Origin: the human T2T-CHM13v2.0 reference genome, Homo sapiens
Strand: one strand, 5' to 3'
Length of the DNA stretch: 64,000 bases
Assembly (NCBI RefSeq): GCF_009914755.1
Contig: NC_060938.1
The translations under genes were made by a program, and so were the position numbers. The notes under the pieces were generated by a model. It saw only the letters and a program-made list of their open reading frames with translations. It had not been told where the DNA came from and did no database searches. Below, piece by piece: positions 29,733 to 44,490 of this stretch (positions within the stretch are counted from its first letter, which is position 1; the number at the start of each line of letters is the position of its first letter).

Positions 29733-31419
29733 AGGATTTAAATTAGAGACTTTTAGACATCAGATAAACTTGAGTAAGATAAGTAAGTAGGAAATGTGTA
29801 TGATAATCTAAAATGTATCTGGAGATAATAAAAGGGAACAAAATAATAATCTTTAATCAGAACTTATTTTCATTCTAGTACAAAATTTAGTACCTGTGCT
29901 AAGATATGCAGTGCTTGGGTTGGGTCTGTAATGAATGGTTTTCATTCATTTATCCACCTAGATCTTCATGATTTTCTTCATTTAAAAAACAATCTTTAGA
30001 TGTTGGTGATTTTCAAGTACAATACAAAATGGACAAAAAAGTAACTTGGCCAATTTTTTCACCATTTCAAAAATGCACCTATTATCAAACTCTTAATACA
30101 TTAAGCATGTTTTATTGCATTTAATTGAGAGTGATTCTGCTGTTTCTAATTTACTTAAAAGTAAACTATCAGGTATCATCTAGTGAGAATATTGGTAGTT
30201 ATAAAGTGGATGAACAATGTATTACAAGAACTATTTTATTGTTTACTTTCCACTATTCAGTAACTTCATGGAAAGTGCTCTGAAAATAATATTTAATGTA
30301 TTCTCATCTCAATAGATACAACATTGCATAAGGGCTTTGTTCGGTCAAATGCCTGTGATTTTTTTTCTAACAGAAGACCTGTGGTAATGCATACACATAT
30401 TTCTTAACAGAGCTATGTTGTAGGTCTATTTATGATCATTGACAGGAAAATCAAAAGAAAATGGGGAAGCAAAGGGCTTCATTTCTACAATATTGTGTTA
30501 CTTCTACAGGAAAAAATGCAATACTTGATCTTAGTCAAAAGGCAGAGAAGCAATACCAGAAGAAAAATACTAAAAGCAGTATAATGTAATTTGTATACAT
30601 ATGAAAACGTCAATGTAAAGTCAAATTGGCCTACATATACAATTTTATACACACATTTTGAAAGGGTGACTCCTTCCAATATTAAATAACATTTTCAAAG
30701 ACTATCACTGGAGAACTACCGCTTGAATAATTCGTAGGAGATTTTCTAAAAGGTATTTTCTCAAATTAACTTTCACACTAGCATCTTTTAAATGAACTAA
30801 ATGACCAAAATGATTTAATCTAGTCATTAATTCAGAAGAAATTTATTACAATTCTCCAGCAAGTGGATATAGGTACTTATCCTTGGCATGAGTTTCACTG
30901 CTGCATGTTGCTGACTTCTGTGTACCATCTAATAAATGTTGGAGAGCTCTGTCAACCTGTCACCAAACTTGTGTGGCCCTAGAGTTTGACGAATAATGCA
31001 ATTATTCACTCACAGCAACTGCCTCCAAACAGGGAGGCATGTACCTGCAGAATAAGTCAACTTATTAGTTCTATCCATCACATTACTCTTTCCTAACTAA
31101 AGTATTCTGAAATAGTATTTCTCAAATTTAAGTTATCCACGTATTACCTATACTGTTTCACCACCTGTAGCATTTCATTCATATTTTCATTAAGTCAACT
31201 AATGCTAAAAAACATGTGCTGATAATGCTTGTTTCACACTAATGTAATCACATAAATATTAAAACAAAATAATTTTATATTTGCACTGTTGGAAATAATC
31301 TTTCATGCTTTCTATCATGTTTTGAAATATACAGGCCCCAAATTATAATTGGCAATAAAGTAAGATTATTCTCAAATCCATGTTGAGGTCACACTCAGCT
31401 GTATGCCTGTGTCGTTGTT

Positions 31420-31950
31420 TGTGAAAATCATTTAACAAATGTACTCAAAAGAAGTGTGTTGAGTCCCTGAACTGGAAGGGAGTATTCCCACGGTAGAGTC
31501 GCAGGAGGACATGGCTTAGTGCCCAATTTCACATAGCTTACAAAACATCAAATTACTATGTGACAAGAAACTAGGAAAGCATAGATAAAGTTATAAAGAA
31601 ATACAGAATAAGGAAACATACTTCTCATTGGAGAATAAGAAAAGAATTCAGGAGTAGTTTCTCCAGGGCCTTTAAATGACAGAGTAAACATTTAGTCTTA
31701 TAAATATGATGAGAATGAGGTAGTGAAGGGGGATGATGTTTCTGAAAGATATTTCTGATGGTAGAAAAAGCATTCATAAAGAAAGTGACAAAAAACTTGC
31801 TAGGCAGGATCAGGAGACTGCAAATATCTCTTAGAGTACATGGTACAAGAGTCTGGCTTAGTGGGGAAGAAAGTATATGTGGTGTTGGTGTTGAAAAAGA
31901 AATACTTTAAATGGCAGTATAGGGGATTTGGAATTCTGCAGTAAGGGATT
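31420..31950 (-). mobile_element. L2 (degenerate)
   Basis: 'tcatttaacaaatgtac', 'atttctgatggtagaaaaagcattcataaag', 'ggggatttggaattc'. Confidence 0.5.
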
Positions 31951-32889
31951 GTGAGCATGTAACTGTTGCATACATATATATTAACTTAGTGTAATGCATA
32001 ATGTGTTGTCATTATAAAATATTTATCATCATTTATCACTGCTATTATAATAGAATGTATTATTATATTTGTAGTATTACTGATGTGATCTATTATGTTA
32101 CTAATATCTGTATAGTATTTCATACATCTGTGCATATATGTATGTATATGTCTATACAAACATATGCACATATCATCGCCATTTTGCAAAAGATGCATAA
32201 TGTGAACCAAAAAGAGAAAGCACACTGCGATATGTACTTTGTTATGATAAGTTACAAACCTGAAAACTGACCATCAGAAACATCATCACTTTCTAATGTC
32301 ACAGAACTACAATTCATACTCTTGTCTATGATGACTCAACCTATGCTTCTGAGCAATACAATTTTTCATGGCATAAATTGAATAGGTAAACAACTTTCTA
32401 TTTAGATTCCTCAGGTGGCTTAATCCTCTTTTCATGGGTTAGAAATATATTATCTCAGAACAAACACACTGTCTCTCTAACTCCAGAGTCATAAAATTGC
32501 CATTGATAACCAGTATAAAAAAAATCTATTACACTAAGGGTTGCTGCCAGAACCAGAACTAGTACATATAGCCTCTAGCTAGCTGGGTGCTTTACTAAAG
32601 GCACAGTTTTACTGAACCTCAGTTTCTTCATTTCTAATATCAGCATCTTTGAACTCAATCACTTTAAGAATCTTTGCCAAATCTATAAAATTATGATGAT
32701 GTATTTAGCACCAGCAGGAAATGTGGACCTTAGTCATTTTATCATGTTCTTGACATCAGGGTTTAGTAGTACCATTTAAAAAATAAAATTAAATAATTAG
32801 ATTATTTTATAGACCATTATTATTTTTGAGAAATCATCTTTGTTGTGTTTAAATTTTGACGTACTAAAAAGTGAAAATAAAAAAATTCA

Positions 32890-33240
32890 TTGGTTCAGAC
32901 CACAGATCACTTCCTGCCATTGTGATCTTGATTAAGGTATCTACAGATTGCTTGAATTCCAGCTTCTGCATCTGTGAATGTGGAATAATAAGAATTAAAA
33001 ATAATGTATTTGAGACACTAGCCATATATCTGGCACTCAGCATAAAAGGAAAAATATAGCATGCTGTTTAAGAGCACAGGTTTAGGCATCAAACAGACCT
33101 GGTTCTATAACCTTGAAGGCATATTACTTAACCTCTCTAAGACTTTAAAACAGGGACTATAATAATACTTCATAGTGTGATAATGGAAAATGGAGAAAAT
33201 ATTACATTAAAAACTACTTGGCACAGTGCTTCATACATAA
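32890..33240 (+). mobile_element. Two adjacent MIR fragments
   Basis: 'cagcttctgcatctgtgaatgtggaataata'; 'tttaagagcacaggtttaggcatcaaacagacctggtt...tacttaacctctctaag'. Confidence 0.7.
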
Positions 33241-33460
33241 TATACATATATATTTATAATATATAAATAAATTTATTTTATTTATTTATAATCTATATAT
33301 TTATTTATAATGTATAATTCTATTTATATAATTTATATACCATTTATATAATAAATAACTATTTAAGAATAATTAATAATTTAAACTAATTTTAAATAAT
33401 TGGTAACAACTATAATTGTTAATAACTCTAATAATAATAAATAATTGTTACTCTTACTAT
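33240..33460. repeat. AT-rich low-complexity tract
   Basis: Nearly pure A/T by inspection. Confidence 0.85.
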
Positions 33461-34639
33461 TGTTCCATTAGAGGCACATATGACTATGATATTAATATGT
33501 TTGCTATTTGAAATATGTAATTTTAAATACTAGTTGATTTTCAATTTTGAAATGGGTATGCATTTATGGTAACAAAACCCACGGAGTACTTTTTCCCGTA
33601 ATGCACTAACACTGGCCACTGAAAGTCAGGTACCAAGTACAGAGTTTCCCCAGACAGTAAGGAGTCATTGAAATTTCTTTTCACTTTTCATTTAAGAGGT
33701 AAATAGACTTACTAAAGTCACCAAACTAAGCCATTACCAAGAAACATTTATTATAAGATGCGATTAAACAGTATGACACAGAGAGAGAGAGAAAGCAATA
33801 ATTTTTTTTAGTTTTATTTTTAAACGGCCTGGGAAAAACAATATCACAAACCCATAATTTAGTCATTATTTATGAAAGCTAAGAAAAGAGACCTATTCTG
33901 TCTTCCAATTGTAAAAACACGAGCACACATTCCTTTACATAAAGTTACAGTGTCTAAACACAAAATGTTAAAATACGCATTAGAATTCATTTATAATGAT
34001 TAGTAGTTTGAGTAGGGAGCAAAGTCTTTCTGGTATCATTTTTCTTAAAATACCGGTCTATTTCATTATTTAATCAGAACCACAAGCGTATTCATTTTCA
34101 GGGTAAGATAGCTGGTATTTTCTCCCTGTGTGACTATTCCCCAAGTTTATTTATTCTTGTCCTAATGAATGTCTTATCTGTTCTTTCCTAATCCTGCTGC
34201 ACAGGAATGGTAAGGGATATCCGGCATGAGCGCCTTTTGACCTTAATTTTAAGTGCATTGCAGCATTCCTGAATGTCAAACCAGCGTGCCTTTCCACTTC
34301 TGTTCCTGAAATCCCATACCTAAAGTGTATCATGTTTGTCTGCTTTATTTGCCTCGGGACATAAATCCTGACCTTGTGAGCTACTGACTCTGCCATGCCC
34401 CTCTGCAGTTCCTAAAAGCTATTTCACCATAGGGAAAATGAGATAGAGTAAGAAAAATAAAGATTAAGATTACTTTTTAAATGAAGAAAAGGCAGATTAA
34501 TAAGAAGCAATCATTCAGTCTTAGAATTATTTCTTTTATATGTGTGTATACACACACACACACACCTATGCACTTATTTAAATCACTGGGGTGTGTGTGT
34601 GTGTATATATATTTATATATAAATACGTACGATCCTCCC

Positions 34640-34903
34640 ACAGCCCACAGTATCCATGGGGGATTGAACCAGGACCTCCCACAGATACCAAAATTTCAAT
34701 TTCTTTATATAAAATAGCATGATATTTGCATATGATCTATGCACATCCTCCTGTATATTTTAAATCACCTCTAGATTACCTACAATACCTAATACAATGT
34801 AAGTGTCATGTAAGTAGTTGTTATCCTGTCTAAGGAATAATAACAAGAAAATAAGTCTGTACATGTTCATCCATGAGTTGAGCAGACGTGAAACCCACAG
34901 ATA
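34640..34903 (+). mobile_element. MER2 (TcMar-Tigger MITE)
   Basis: 'gtatccatgggggattgaaccaggacc...gatatttgcatat...cacctctagattacctacaatacctaatacaatgtaa...gtctgtacatgttca'. Confidence 0.88.
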
Positions 34904-36442
34904 GCATTTTTTGAAATAAAAAAAAAAACCTCCATCAGAAGTAAGGGAAGAGATTGCATTTTAGCACAAAGCTATTACAAATTCCTGATCATTCTTCAAG
35001 TATTTTTTAGTGCTTGCTATTTGTATAATTAGTGCTCACCAGATTTTGGAGACACAGAGGTAATTAAAAGTGAGTCCTGCCTGCAAGACTCTTACAATCT
35101 AGTGGGGAATAGAACAATAAAATATAGGAAAATAAATAAATTTAATACGGAAATTACTCTAATAAAAGCATATTGCATATGGAAATATGGGAATTCAGCA
35201 CTTAGAAATGCACACGAGTAAGCTTGAATGCATCAAAAACATTTCACAAAGCTGATATTTCAGTTGTTTACTGGAAGTCTGAGTTAGTCAAACAGGCAAA
35301 GGCAAAAGGATGCTGTAGAGAACCCCTAAGGATCTTTTTGATAGCTGGTGACAGAGATCCAAATATGATCCCCAGAATGCATTATTCAACATTTTCTCAG
35401 TTGGTCTCCAGAAGGGCTACTAAATAAGCCTTTTGAAACATAAGGCAAAAAAAAAAAAAAATTGTGTGACTTCTAAGCGTCCCAATCCATGGTGCCTTGG
35501 AGAACGGGCATGAGTATGAAACAAAGAGATAAATAACCGCCCAATGGAGGGATTTTGAAGGTGATTTATTTTTGCTCTGAGGAAACATACGATAGCTTCT
35601 GTAGGATGGAATGTTAATAAAGGGGTGTGGAGGTTTAAGCATGGAGCTTCTTTGGAGTTATTTTTCTCCTTTTTTGTAGTTCAGTCATGAAGTTTCCAGC
35701 ATTAATATCAACATCACCACTAGTTTACAGGTATCTTGATTCACCATCCATGTATGTATAACATAAAACTAGCTCAGAAGCTATAAGTCACTGAGACAAC
35801 AGGAATCTTAAAGCATAGTACTTAAAATTAAGAATATTAACTTCTCAATCTTGACTATTGACCATATTAGGATTAGTGTGGTTCCTTAATAGGGTTTCAG
35901 GAAATAGTCTCAAAGCACATTTGTCTCTTCTTCTTCAGGTAAAATACAAAGAAGAAGACAGATGTGAATATTTGTGGTGAGGAAAAAAGTTAAAAGCAAA
36001 AAACCAAAAACAAAATAACTTTTCTTGAATAGAAACAATTTTCAAAACTATTTAGTCTTCTGCTAGGACGTCAACATGTAGCACAAAGCTATTATTAAAC
36101 ACATTGTGTTTAAGTAAAGTCCCCCAAAATTATCATTGAAAGCATGAGTTTTCTTGAGAGTTTAATGGCTAAAGTATTACTTGAATGAATTGAACACCAA
36201 ATGTAAGGAAAATATTTTAATTAATTTTAAACTTTATCTTAGAATTATATCATATTGCAAATATACTAGCTCCTACATAAAAGTCTTCCTTTATCTGTAT
36301 AACAAAATCAAAATTCTTTATTATGCAAAAAACTCTTTATTGGCTGGATCCTGACTACATTCCCAGTCCCTCTTTTTTCTATTTCCCCACATTCATATAA
36401 TATGTCTCTAATATGATGACCACCTTGAAATTCCCAAATTAA

Positions 36443-36781
<339 letters not shown>

Positions 36782-37445
36782 ACTTCCACATCTTTAAACT
36801 TACCCTTTGCTTAACTGAGAATGACTATCCCACCAGAAATAATACATCCCAACACCTTCACACAATGCCAAAAAAATGGGAAACTTTTCAAAATTATTTG
36901 TGAATTGGGAAAGTGAGGGAGCATTAGATTTGTATGCGTGTGTGCACGTGTGTGTGTGTGTGAGACAGAGACAGAGAGACAATTTCCAGATATTGTTCTA
37001 GTTTATGAAGAATGGCAAATTTAAATAATCGCTGAATTTGCAAGTGATGACTTAGATCTGAAATCTTGGAACTATGTCTTATATCTTCATCAGACTTATC
37101 TCTGTTATCCTCACTGGGTTGAGAGGATGTTTCAGTAGAGGAGAACTGAGGTAAAATGCAGTAGTCCTGCTAACAGTTTGAGACAGAATTTACATTTGGA
37201 ATGAAGTAGAAGCTTTTGTTTACTTGCTTTGTTTTCCAAACCTAGAACTTGATGTTGTAAAGTTCTCATTCTCTTGTGTTTATTCCAATATCACTGTTGA
37301 TTTGTAAAATTGTCTTGACTCTAAGAATACTAACAGGTCACAGTTGTTAGAGGTTTATAGTACACCAGGCACTGGAATATATTCATTATCACATGTAATA
37401 TTCTTTAAAAATCCACCAGATTCAAAGTAGATACACAATTTATAA

Positions 37446-37921
<476 letters not shown>

Positions 37922-38091
37922 TAGGCACATAACACAGAAACTTTATTAATATTATCTAATTTGATATTTACTACAATTTTGTTTACTATGTACAAGTCAA
38001 AATATAACTCACATAAATAAAGGCTCTTACCATAAGTCATGAGATTATTTATTAATTATCAAAATTAACTTTAGGTTTCTTTAACTTAGAA

Positions 38092-38094
<3 letters not shown>

Positions 38095-38141
<47 letters not shown>
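38095..38141. repeat. (AT)n microsatellite
   Basis: About 20 perfect AT units. Confidence 0.95.
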
Positions 38142-38142
<1 letters not shown>

Positions 38143-41100
38143 ATGAAAATATTGCGTTTTGGAAGAAAGATCAAATTATACATAAATGTTTTCCAATATT
38201 ATGATAGCATGAAAATACAAAAATAACAACAAAAAAAGGTAAAGAAACACAGAAGTGAAAGAAGCATCTCAAAGGAATCATGATGACAGGCAGGGACCCT
38301 GAATAATTCTATGCACTTTTCCCAAACTAAGGCTTTACCAAAAGTCATGTGCAAAGAAAACTGTGGAGCTAGGATGTTTTCAACTGTTCTTGATGCAATT
38401 ATAGAAGAAAGTTTACATGTTGCCTTCCCTCCTCCAGTATGATTCTTCCATTTTATGCCTAAAATATTTCTGTTATCTTCCACCTCTACCTTGTGATATT
38501 CCCTCTCCTCATGGACCACGCTTATTTAGAACATTGTATGAGAATGTAGAATTATGGCTCAAAACAACACCCAGTTAGTGGTGTTGCCAACATAAGGACC
38601 CAGATCTTTCCATTATTTTCACTGAATGCCAATACATGCAATTTAGTGTCTACTATTTTATTCTCAAGGTCAAGGGCAAAACCACTTCTACAAAAAAAGG
38701 CAGTTAAAAGTTCACAAATAGAAGAAAGAAAATTGAAAATTTTTATAATATACAAAATAAATTTAATAATGTGGATATGAAGCTCTTTGTCAGTTCACAA
38801 TAATTGATTAATAATTTAGCCCAAGGAAGTCAAGAAGGACTTTGCAGCCTTAACGTTGTCACTAGTGCCCTCCTGTAAGTTTAAGGTAGAGAACCTGTGC
38901 CTGATGACTCTGGATACCTAACTTTTAAAAGGAAATTTTCCTTGCAAGTGTTTGGTTCACTGTTACCCATAATATATATGTGTTTAATTTGGGGTATAAA
39001 GTTATCTAAATCTTTGAGTAAAATTAAAAGACCAGTAAGAAGCTCTCTGTCACACATGCACCCAGGTTGAGAATGAGAGCATAAATAGAAGGTTTCACTT
39101 GGGTAAGTGGAGGAGATCCCACACACATGGCTGAATGTGTGCAAGGATTCAAGTCATCCAAACCCAAGAGAGTTCCCACAGTTGGTGAACAATGGGAAAT
39201 TGAGGAAGGTCAGATTTCCGGGAAAGCAAACGGGAAATTCCACTAGAAATATGAGTTACTGGCTTTCTGGGAATTGGATTAAAAAAGTAATAATAATTAA
39301 ACATTTCTATTAAACATTTTTAAAATGTTTATCAGACATTTTTAACATATGTTTCATACCTGGATAGCTTTCACAGCAGGCTATCTTCTTTTGCTTTGGG
39401 ATATCTTTTGTTATTGGGAAGGAGAAGAGAGAGTTATGCTTTAAGTTCTTACAGTAGCATCATCCTCAGTTTCTACTTTCTTCATTCATCAAGCCACAGA
39501 AAAGCAGAAAGTAATCCCTGAAATTCCATTTTCAAATACAAATCTTAAAACACTGTTAGAATATGAAATACGAGGTTTCTGTGAGAACTTTATTATTGAT
39601 ATTTGTGGTTTTTTAAACTATAATGAACAATTTTATTTATTGTTAGAGCTTTTTAAAAAGAGAATTTATTCTACCTTCCCCATCTAAAACCAATTTTTAT
39701 TTTGTCTTGCTTCTTTTAAACATTTATTTTATTTTTAAATTTCTTTTCCCCAACCATAATGGTAAATTATTCCCTTGCTTCTTTATAATGATTTTTGTCA
39801 TTGAAAACTCAAAGCGCTGCATCTGGAAAAATGCTCCCCTTTTGTTTGATGCAGTAAGTTAAACTCCTCCTTTCACCCCTCCCTGAGAAACAAATACCTC
39901 CTCCACACATTGACGCGCACATAAACTTCAGGTCTTCAGCTTGTTCTCTTCACTTAAAGTCATTGCTCTTGTGTATTGCAAGCTATAATTGCTTCTAGCA
40001 ATATAATGCCTTACCACACTAACATAATCCTAATGCAGTTACTAAATATTTTTTACATGGCAGTATCTCTCTTTGGATAACTATTACGTCGGGTATTATT
40101 ATAATTCTCTTTGTACCATTGTAGTTTGAAAACGTATAGAAGAGAACCGGCTTATATCTGCCTAGCAATTAAATGGAATATTATAAACGGGATAGTCTAT
40201 CAGTAAAACCTGACTGTTTACTTGCTGAAGTAGTTTTCAGCAGAGAAACAGCTGCAGCCCAGATTGCTCTAGGAAAGAATACATTTCATCTAAAATAATG
40301 TAGGCAGCATGCTTCCATTATGAAGTTGGATATTCACTTCCTCTGTTATTAGAAGGTGATAATAGAGTGGGCAATCCAGAAAGGTTTGACAGCATAAGAA
40401 GACAACGAAGAAGATGAAAAGATCCCATCTTCTGCTCACATTGAGAAATTCTGCTGATCGAATACAATGATCATAAAAACTGGCACTTGCATGATGAGTT
40501 TCTTGCAAGGATCTCAGCCCATACAGACATCATTTCTCCCTTTTTACAGTGTGATCACCATCACCGGGGTAGGAACCAATCACTTTTAAAGAGCCTAGTT
40601 ATCTATCCAAGTATCTTTATATTCTCATTCATACAATATATTTAGGAGTAATCGATAAAGTGAGATTAATTATTCCAATATCTGAGGTTACTATTCATTT
40701 TATTTTTAGAAAACTTGTATTGGCTGAAAGTACTATGAGACCTATTTTCACATTTTAACTAATTATAATCCCATATGGGTCACTAGGTTCATCGGGCCTA
40801 AAAATTTATTATGGAGAAATGTCAGCAAGTTTCTCTACTGTATTTCCTTACCCATCTTAGCACAACCTAAGTAAATTTTTTCTCATTCGGAATTCTTATA
40901 GCATTTGCATTAATTTTTTGCTTTATACTTTGTCTTGAACATAACTTCAGTTTTATCTGCGATTAAAAACGGAAACTCTCTGAGATATAACATTGAACCC
41001 TCTTCCTCTTCTCACCAGAGTTTAGAGTTTAATAGGTTTTCAATTGATGATCAACAATTAATAAGTTACATGGTCTAAACAAGAGTTACATACCAGATGG

Positions 41101-41924
41101 CTTTCTTATTTCTTTGAAATATGTTATTTAATTTATTCATTTCAAGGCATAGTAAAGTAGTTGTTTAAAAAATAAGAATGTGTTTTTTTGGAAGTGAGAG
41201 GCTCTTCAGATTAAATCATATCTGTAGGACACTTAAATTCGGGAGTTCTAGATAATTCTAGTTTATTTCATACTGCAGTTTCTTTATGCCTAGTAAGCAA
41301 ACTTTAATTCAAGGAACTGCCAGACCAAATTCATTTATTTTAAGAATACAGCCAATTGTAAAATTAAGAGTATTAAAACTAGATAAATCTGTAGAGTTAA
41401 CCAGAGGATTATCTACAGCAAAAGGATATGTTTGTTCCATCAATCACTTTGCTGTCATAGAGTAAACCTAATCTTTGTCACACAGATAGAACTGCAATTC
41501 TCATACCCAGACTGTTTTAGAGGGGAGAAGGGAGGAAAGGGAGAGAGGGTGAATCATTAGGTGCATTTGTTAAATTTGAAGCAGAGTAATCCTGCAAACT
41601 TCGGCCAAAAAATAAATAAGGATCTGCAAAAAGGGTAAATACTCCCTAAATTATTTAAGCCTGTACTATAATTAATATACAAAACTATTGATTTAATTAA
41701 ACTAAGCTGCCTCCATATCAAGGAAGGCCCAAAGTTAATTAGCACCATAGCCCTAAGCATTTCAGATACGCTGAGAAAGTAATTTAGTGGTAAAATGCAT
41801 GTTTATCTATTATAATTTCAAAGACCTTAGCTACATGAACAATTTCTTATCATTAATGGTTTTTAACCCATGATATCTCTCTATTATGTAGCTATATTGT
41901 TAGAGCATATTACTTATTAAATAC

Positions 41925-42264
41925 TGTATTAGTCTGTTCTCATGCTGCTAATAAAGACATACCTGACGCTGGGTAATTTATAAAAGAAAAAGGTTTAATT
42001 GACTCACAGTCCCACACGGCTGGGAAGCCCTCACAATCATGGTGGAAGGCAAAGGAGGAACAAAGTCATGTCTTACATGGCGGCAGGCAAGAGAGCATGG
42101 TCAGAGGAACTCCCCTTTATAAAACCATCATATCTCCTGAGACTTATTCACTATCACAAGAACAGCCTGGGAAAGACCTCCCTCCATGATTCAATTACAC
42201 ATGGGAATTATGGAGGCTACAATTCAAGGTGAGATTTGGGTGGGGCCACAGGCAAATCATATCA
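41925..42264 (-). mobile_element. THE1 (B/C-like) solo LTR
   Basis: 'tgtattagtctgttctcatgctgctaataaagacatacc...ctcacaatcatggtggaaggc...gagatttgggtgggg...catatca'; TSD aatac/aatat. Confidence 0.95.
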
Positions 42265-42535
42265 AATATTAACTATACTGAGGGTGCTAATTCTACAAAT
42301 ATGCCTATTTAGTAAAGGCTCAGACACAGAGATCTATGGAGAATTGGAAGAACCCTGGAGTCAACATCCCCAAGGATGAAAAGAACTTGTCTGCCCATTT
42401 TCCTCCTTTTTTTCTTTAGCATTCATTGAATACTTACAAAACGAGGAACTCGAAACACAAAAAACAACCTAAGTGGGAGGCCTGGGAATCATCTGTGGGT
42501 CTTCTTCATCCTCCTACATCTAAGAAATAATCACC

Positions 42536-42645
42536 TGCTATAGTCTAAATGTTTGTGTCCCCACAAACTTTGTGTGTCGAAATCCTAACCCCCAAGTGAT
42601 GGTATTAGGGGATGGGGCTTTTGGGAAGTGATTAGCGTCTTTATA
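42536..42645 (+). mobile_element. MLT1A 5' fragment
   Basis: 'tgctatagtctaaatgtttgtgtcccc...gaaatcctaaccccc...gatggtattagg'. Confidence 0.8.
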
Positions 42646-42769
42646 TCTGTAACGTCTAGTACATTGCCTTATTCATCATATGACTTTAAGAGCTGCATTG
42701 TCCGCATACTTAATGGCAAATGATCTATTCAAGGTATGTTATAATAATATCCTCTTACTATAGATTCTC

Positions 42770-42955
42770 TAAATGATGAGCACTTTGCATATATTAACTT
42801 ATATAATTTTTCCAAATCACTAAAAATATTTCTGTTACATGAAGCCTGAGGAAATTGAAACTCAGAGAGTTTCTGGAACTTAGCCATGTGTTTTAGAGCA
42901 GAAGTGTGTTCTGGAGCACTCAGTGGCTCCGAGTCAATGCTCTTCACCACTCTAC
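42770..42955 (-). mobile_element. MIR
   Basis: 'gaggaaattgaaactcagagag...ggctccgagtcaatgctcttcaccact'. Confidence 0.7.
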
Positions 42956-43959
42956 AGAAAGTGATAACCTGAACTATATAACTGAATAATCTTGGCTATA
43001 ATTGGCATGCTTCACATAAATACAATTAATATTCAAGAGGTCAAAGCAATACTACAGCCTGGAGTTGCAGGTGAAGTTTTAAGAGAGTTCAGTCTTGAGT
43101 CTGATTTTCTCTTCGTTCCCCCAAGCTGACTGCATCTATCCTTTCCCAGGCTGTGCTAACTTACAGTTTTACAGCTTCAGCATGGATATTATCATAAGCA
43201 GAGAATTTCTGGGTTTTTTTCTTTCTACATCTCTTTGTCTTTAATATCTGAAGATAGAATTGCTTGATCTTCAAAGACGCTGAAAAATTTCATGCCCTTG
43301 ACCTCATGCTGAGAGTGTGCATTATCTTTCAGAGAAAATTAACCGGATAAACATATGTTCTCATAAAATCAATAGCTGACATATCACATCTTATAGTGAC
43401 CTGTCAAAAGGAAGAGCTACCATAAATCCAAGCATCTGTAAAATGTAAATTTAGAGGGCATAAAAAGCCTGTGCAATAATGCAAAGCAGAATCTCGTTAG
43501 AGAAATATAAGGAAGATGGCAAGGATTTATGCTCTAACTATAAAGTTGAATACACTAAAAGTAAAGCACCTGATTAAAGTATATGTTCCTCTCTTTTTTG
43601 TTTACTGTCTAGTACATTTTCTAAAGAGAAGTGGAAGAAAATGAACTATGTTTGTTAGATAATGGAAAAGCCCTTCAAATTTTGCCTACATGGGAAATGC
43701 AAGCGCAAAATGTACTCTTCTACTCTCAGAACCCAAAAAACCCTCAACTCGTTTCTTCTCCTTGCCAAGACTCAGTGCCTTCCTTCCCATTGTAACTTAC
43801 TGGAGAAAAATCTTACAATGATCTATACCTTAGTGTTGATTGAGAAGTGTTTTATTGCCTAGATGGGTGTTTGAATTTTCAGGCTACTTTTGCAGCTGAG
43901 TATGAAAATGAATTTCCATTTACTTCTCAGATCCCCAGAGTCGAGCTTCTCCACATGTA

Positions 43960-44490
43960 TCATTCTATCAACACTGCTGTCAAGATCAGAGATGTCTCAT
44001 TGCCAAATCCGATTTTCAAGTATTTATTTTTATACTGAAATCCTATAGACTTAAAAAGTCTTTAAGTCTTTTACTTTTAAAAAGTACTTTTAATTGCTTT
44101 CCTTTTAAAAAGTACTCTTCTAGGTTTTGAAAATTTGCCTTCCGATTTCTTCCTGTGATTCTCTTTCTCTACTCACCCCTTAAATGCCAGGATTACTCAG
44201 GCTCCTTTCTCCGTCCTTTTCTCATTCTCATGCATTTTTATGGATGACATCATCTAATGCATGCCTTCTATTCCCAGCTGTGTAATCAGTGACCCTAAAA
44301 TACAAATCGAAACCTAAACTCCTCTTCTGAACCGCAAAATCCATGTCCTGCCACCTCCTGGGCATTGCTAGTTAAATGCTCTTTAGACGTTTCCAAATGA
44401 ACATCACCCGGAGTCTAATACAAGATCCCCCTCCCTCCATTCCTCCTCATTTTCCTGTATTCCTCCACCCTGTAGGTGAATCATTCTTCT
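43960..44490 (+). mobile_element. L2
   Basis: 'actgctgtcaagatc...ttgccaaatcc', 'cccttaaatg...tactcaggctcctttctc', 'tcctcttctgaacc'. Confidence 0.7.

Noticed and set aside
40340-40420. Possible exon after 'tctgttattag' reading EGDNRVGNPERFDSIRRQRRR*
   Set aside because: Weak acceptor, short, no recognisable homology or partner exons.
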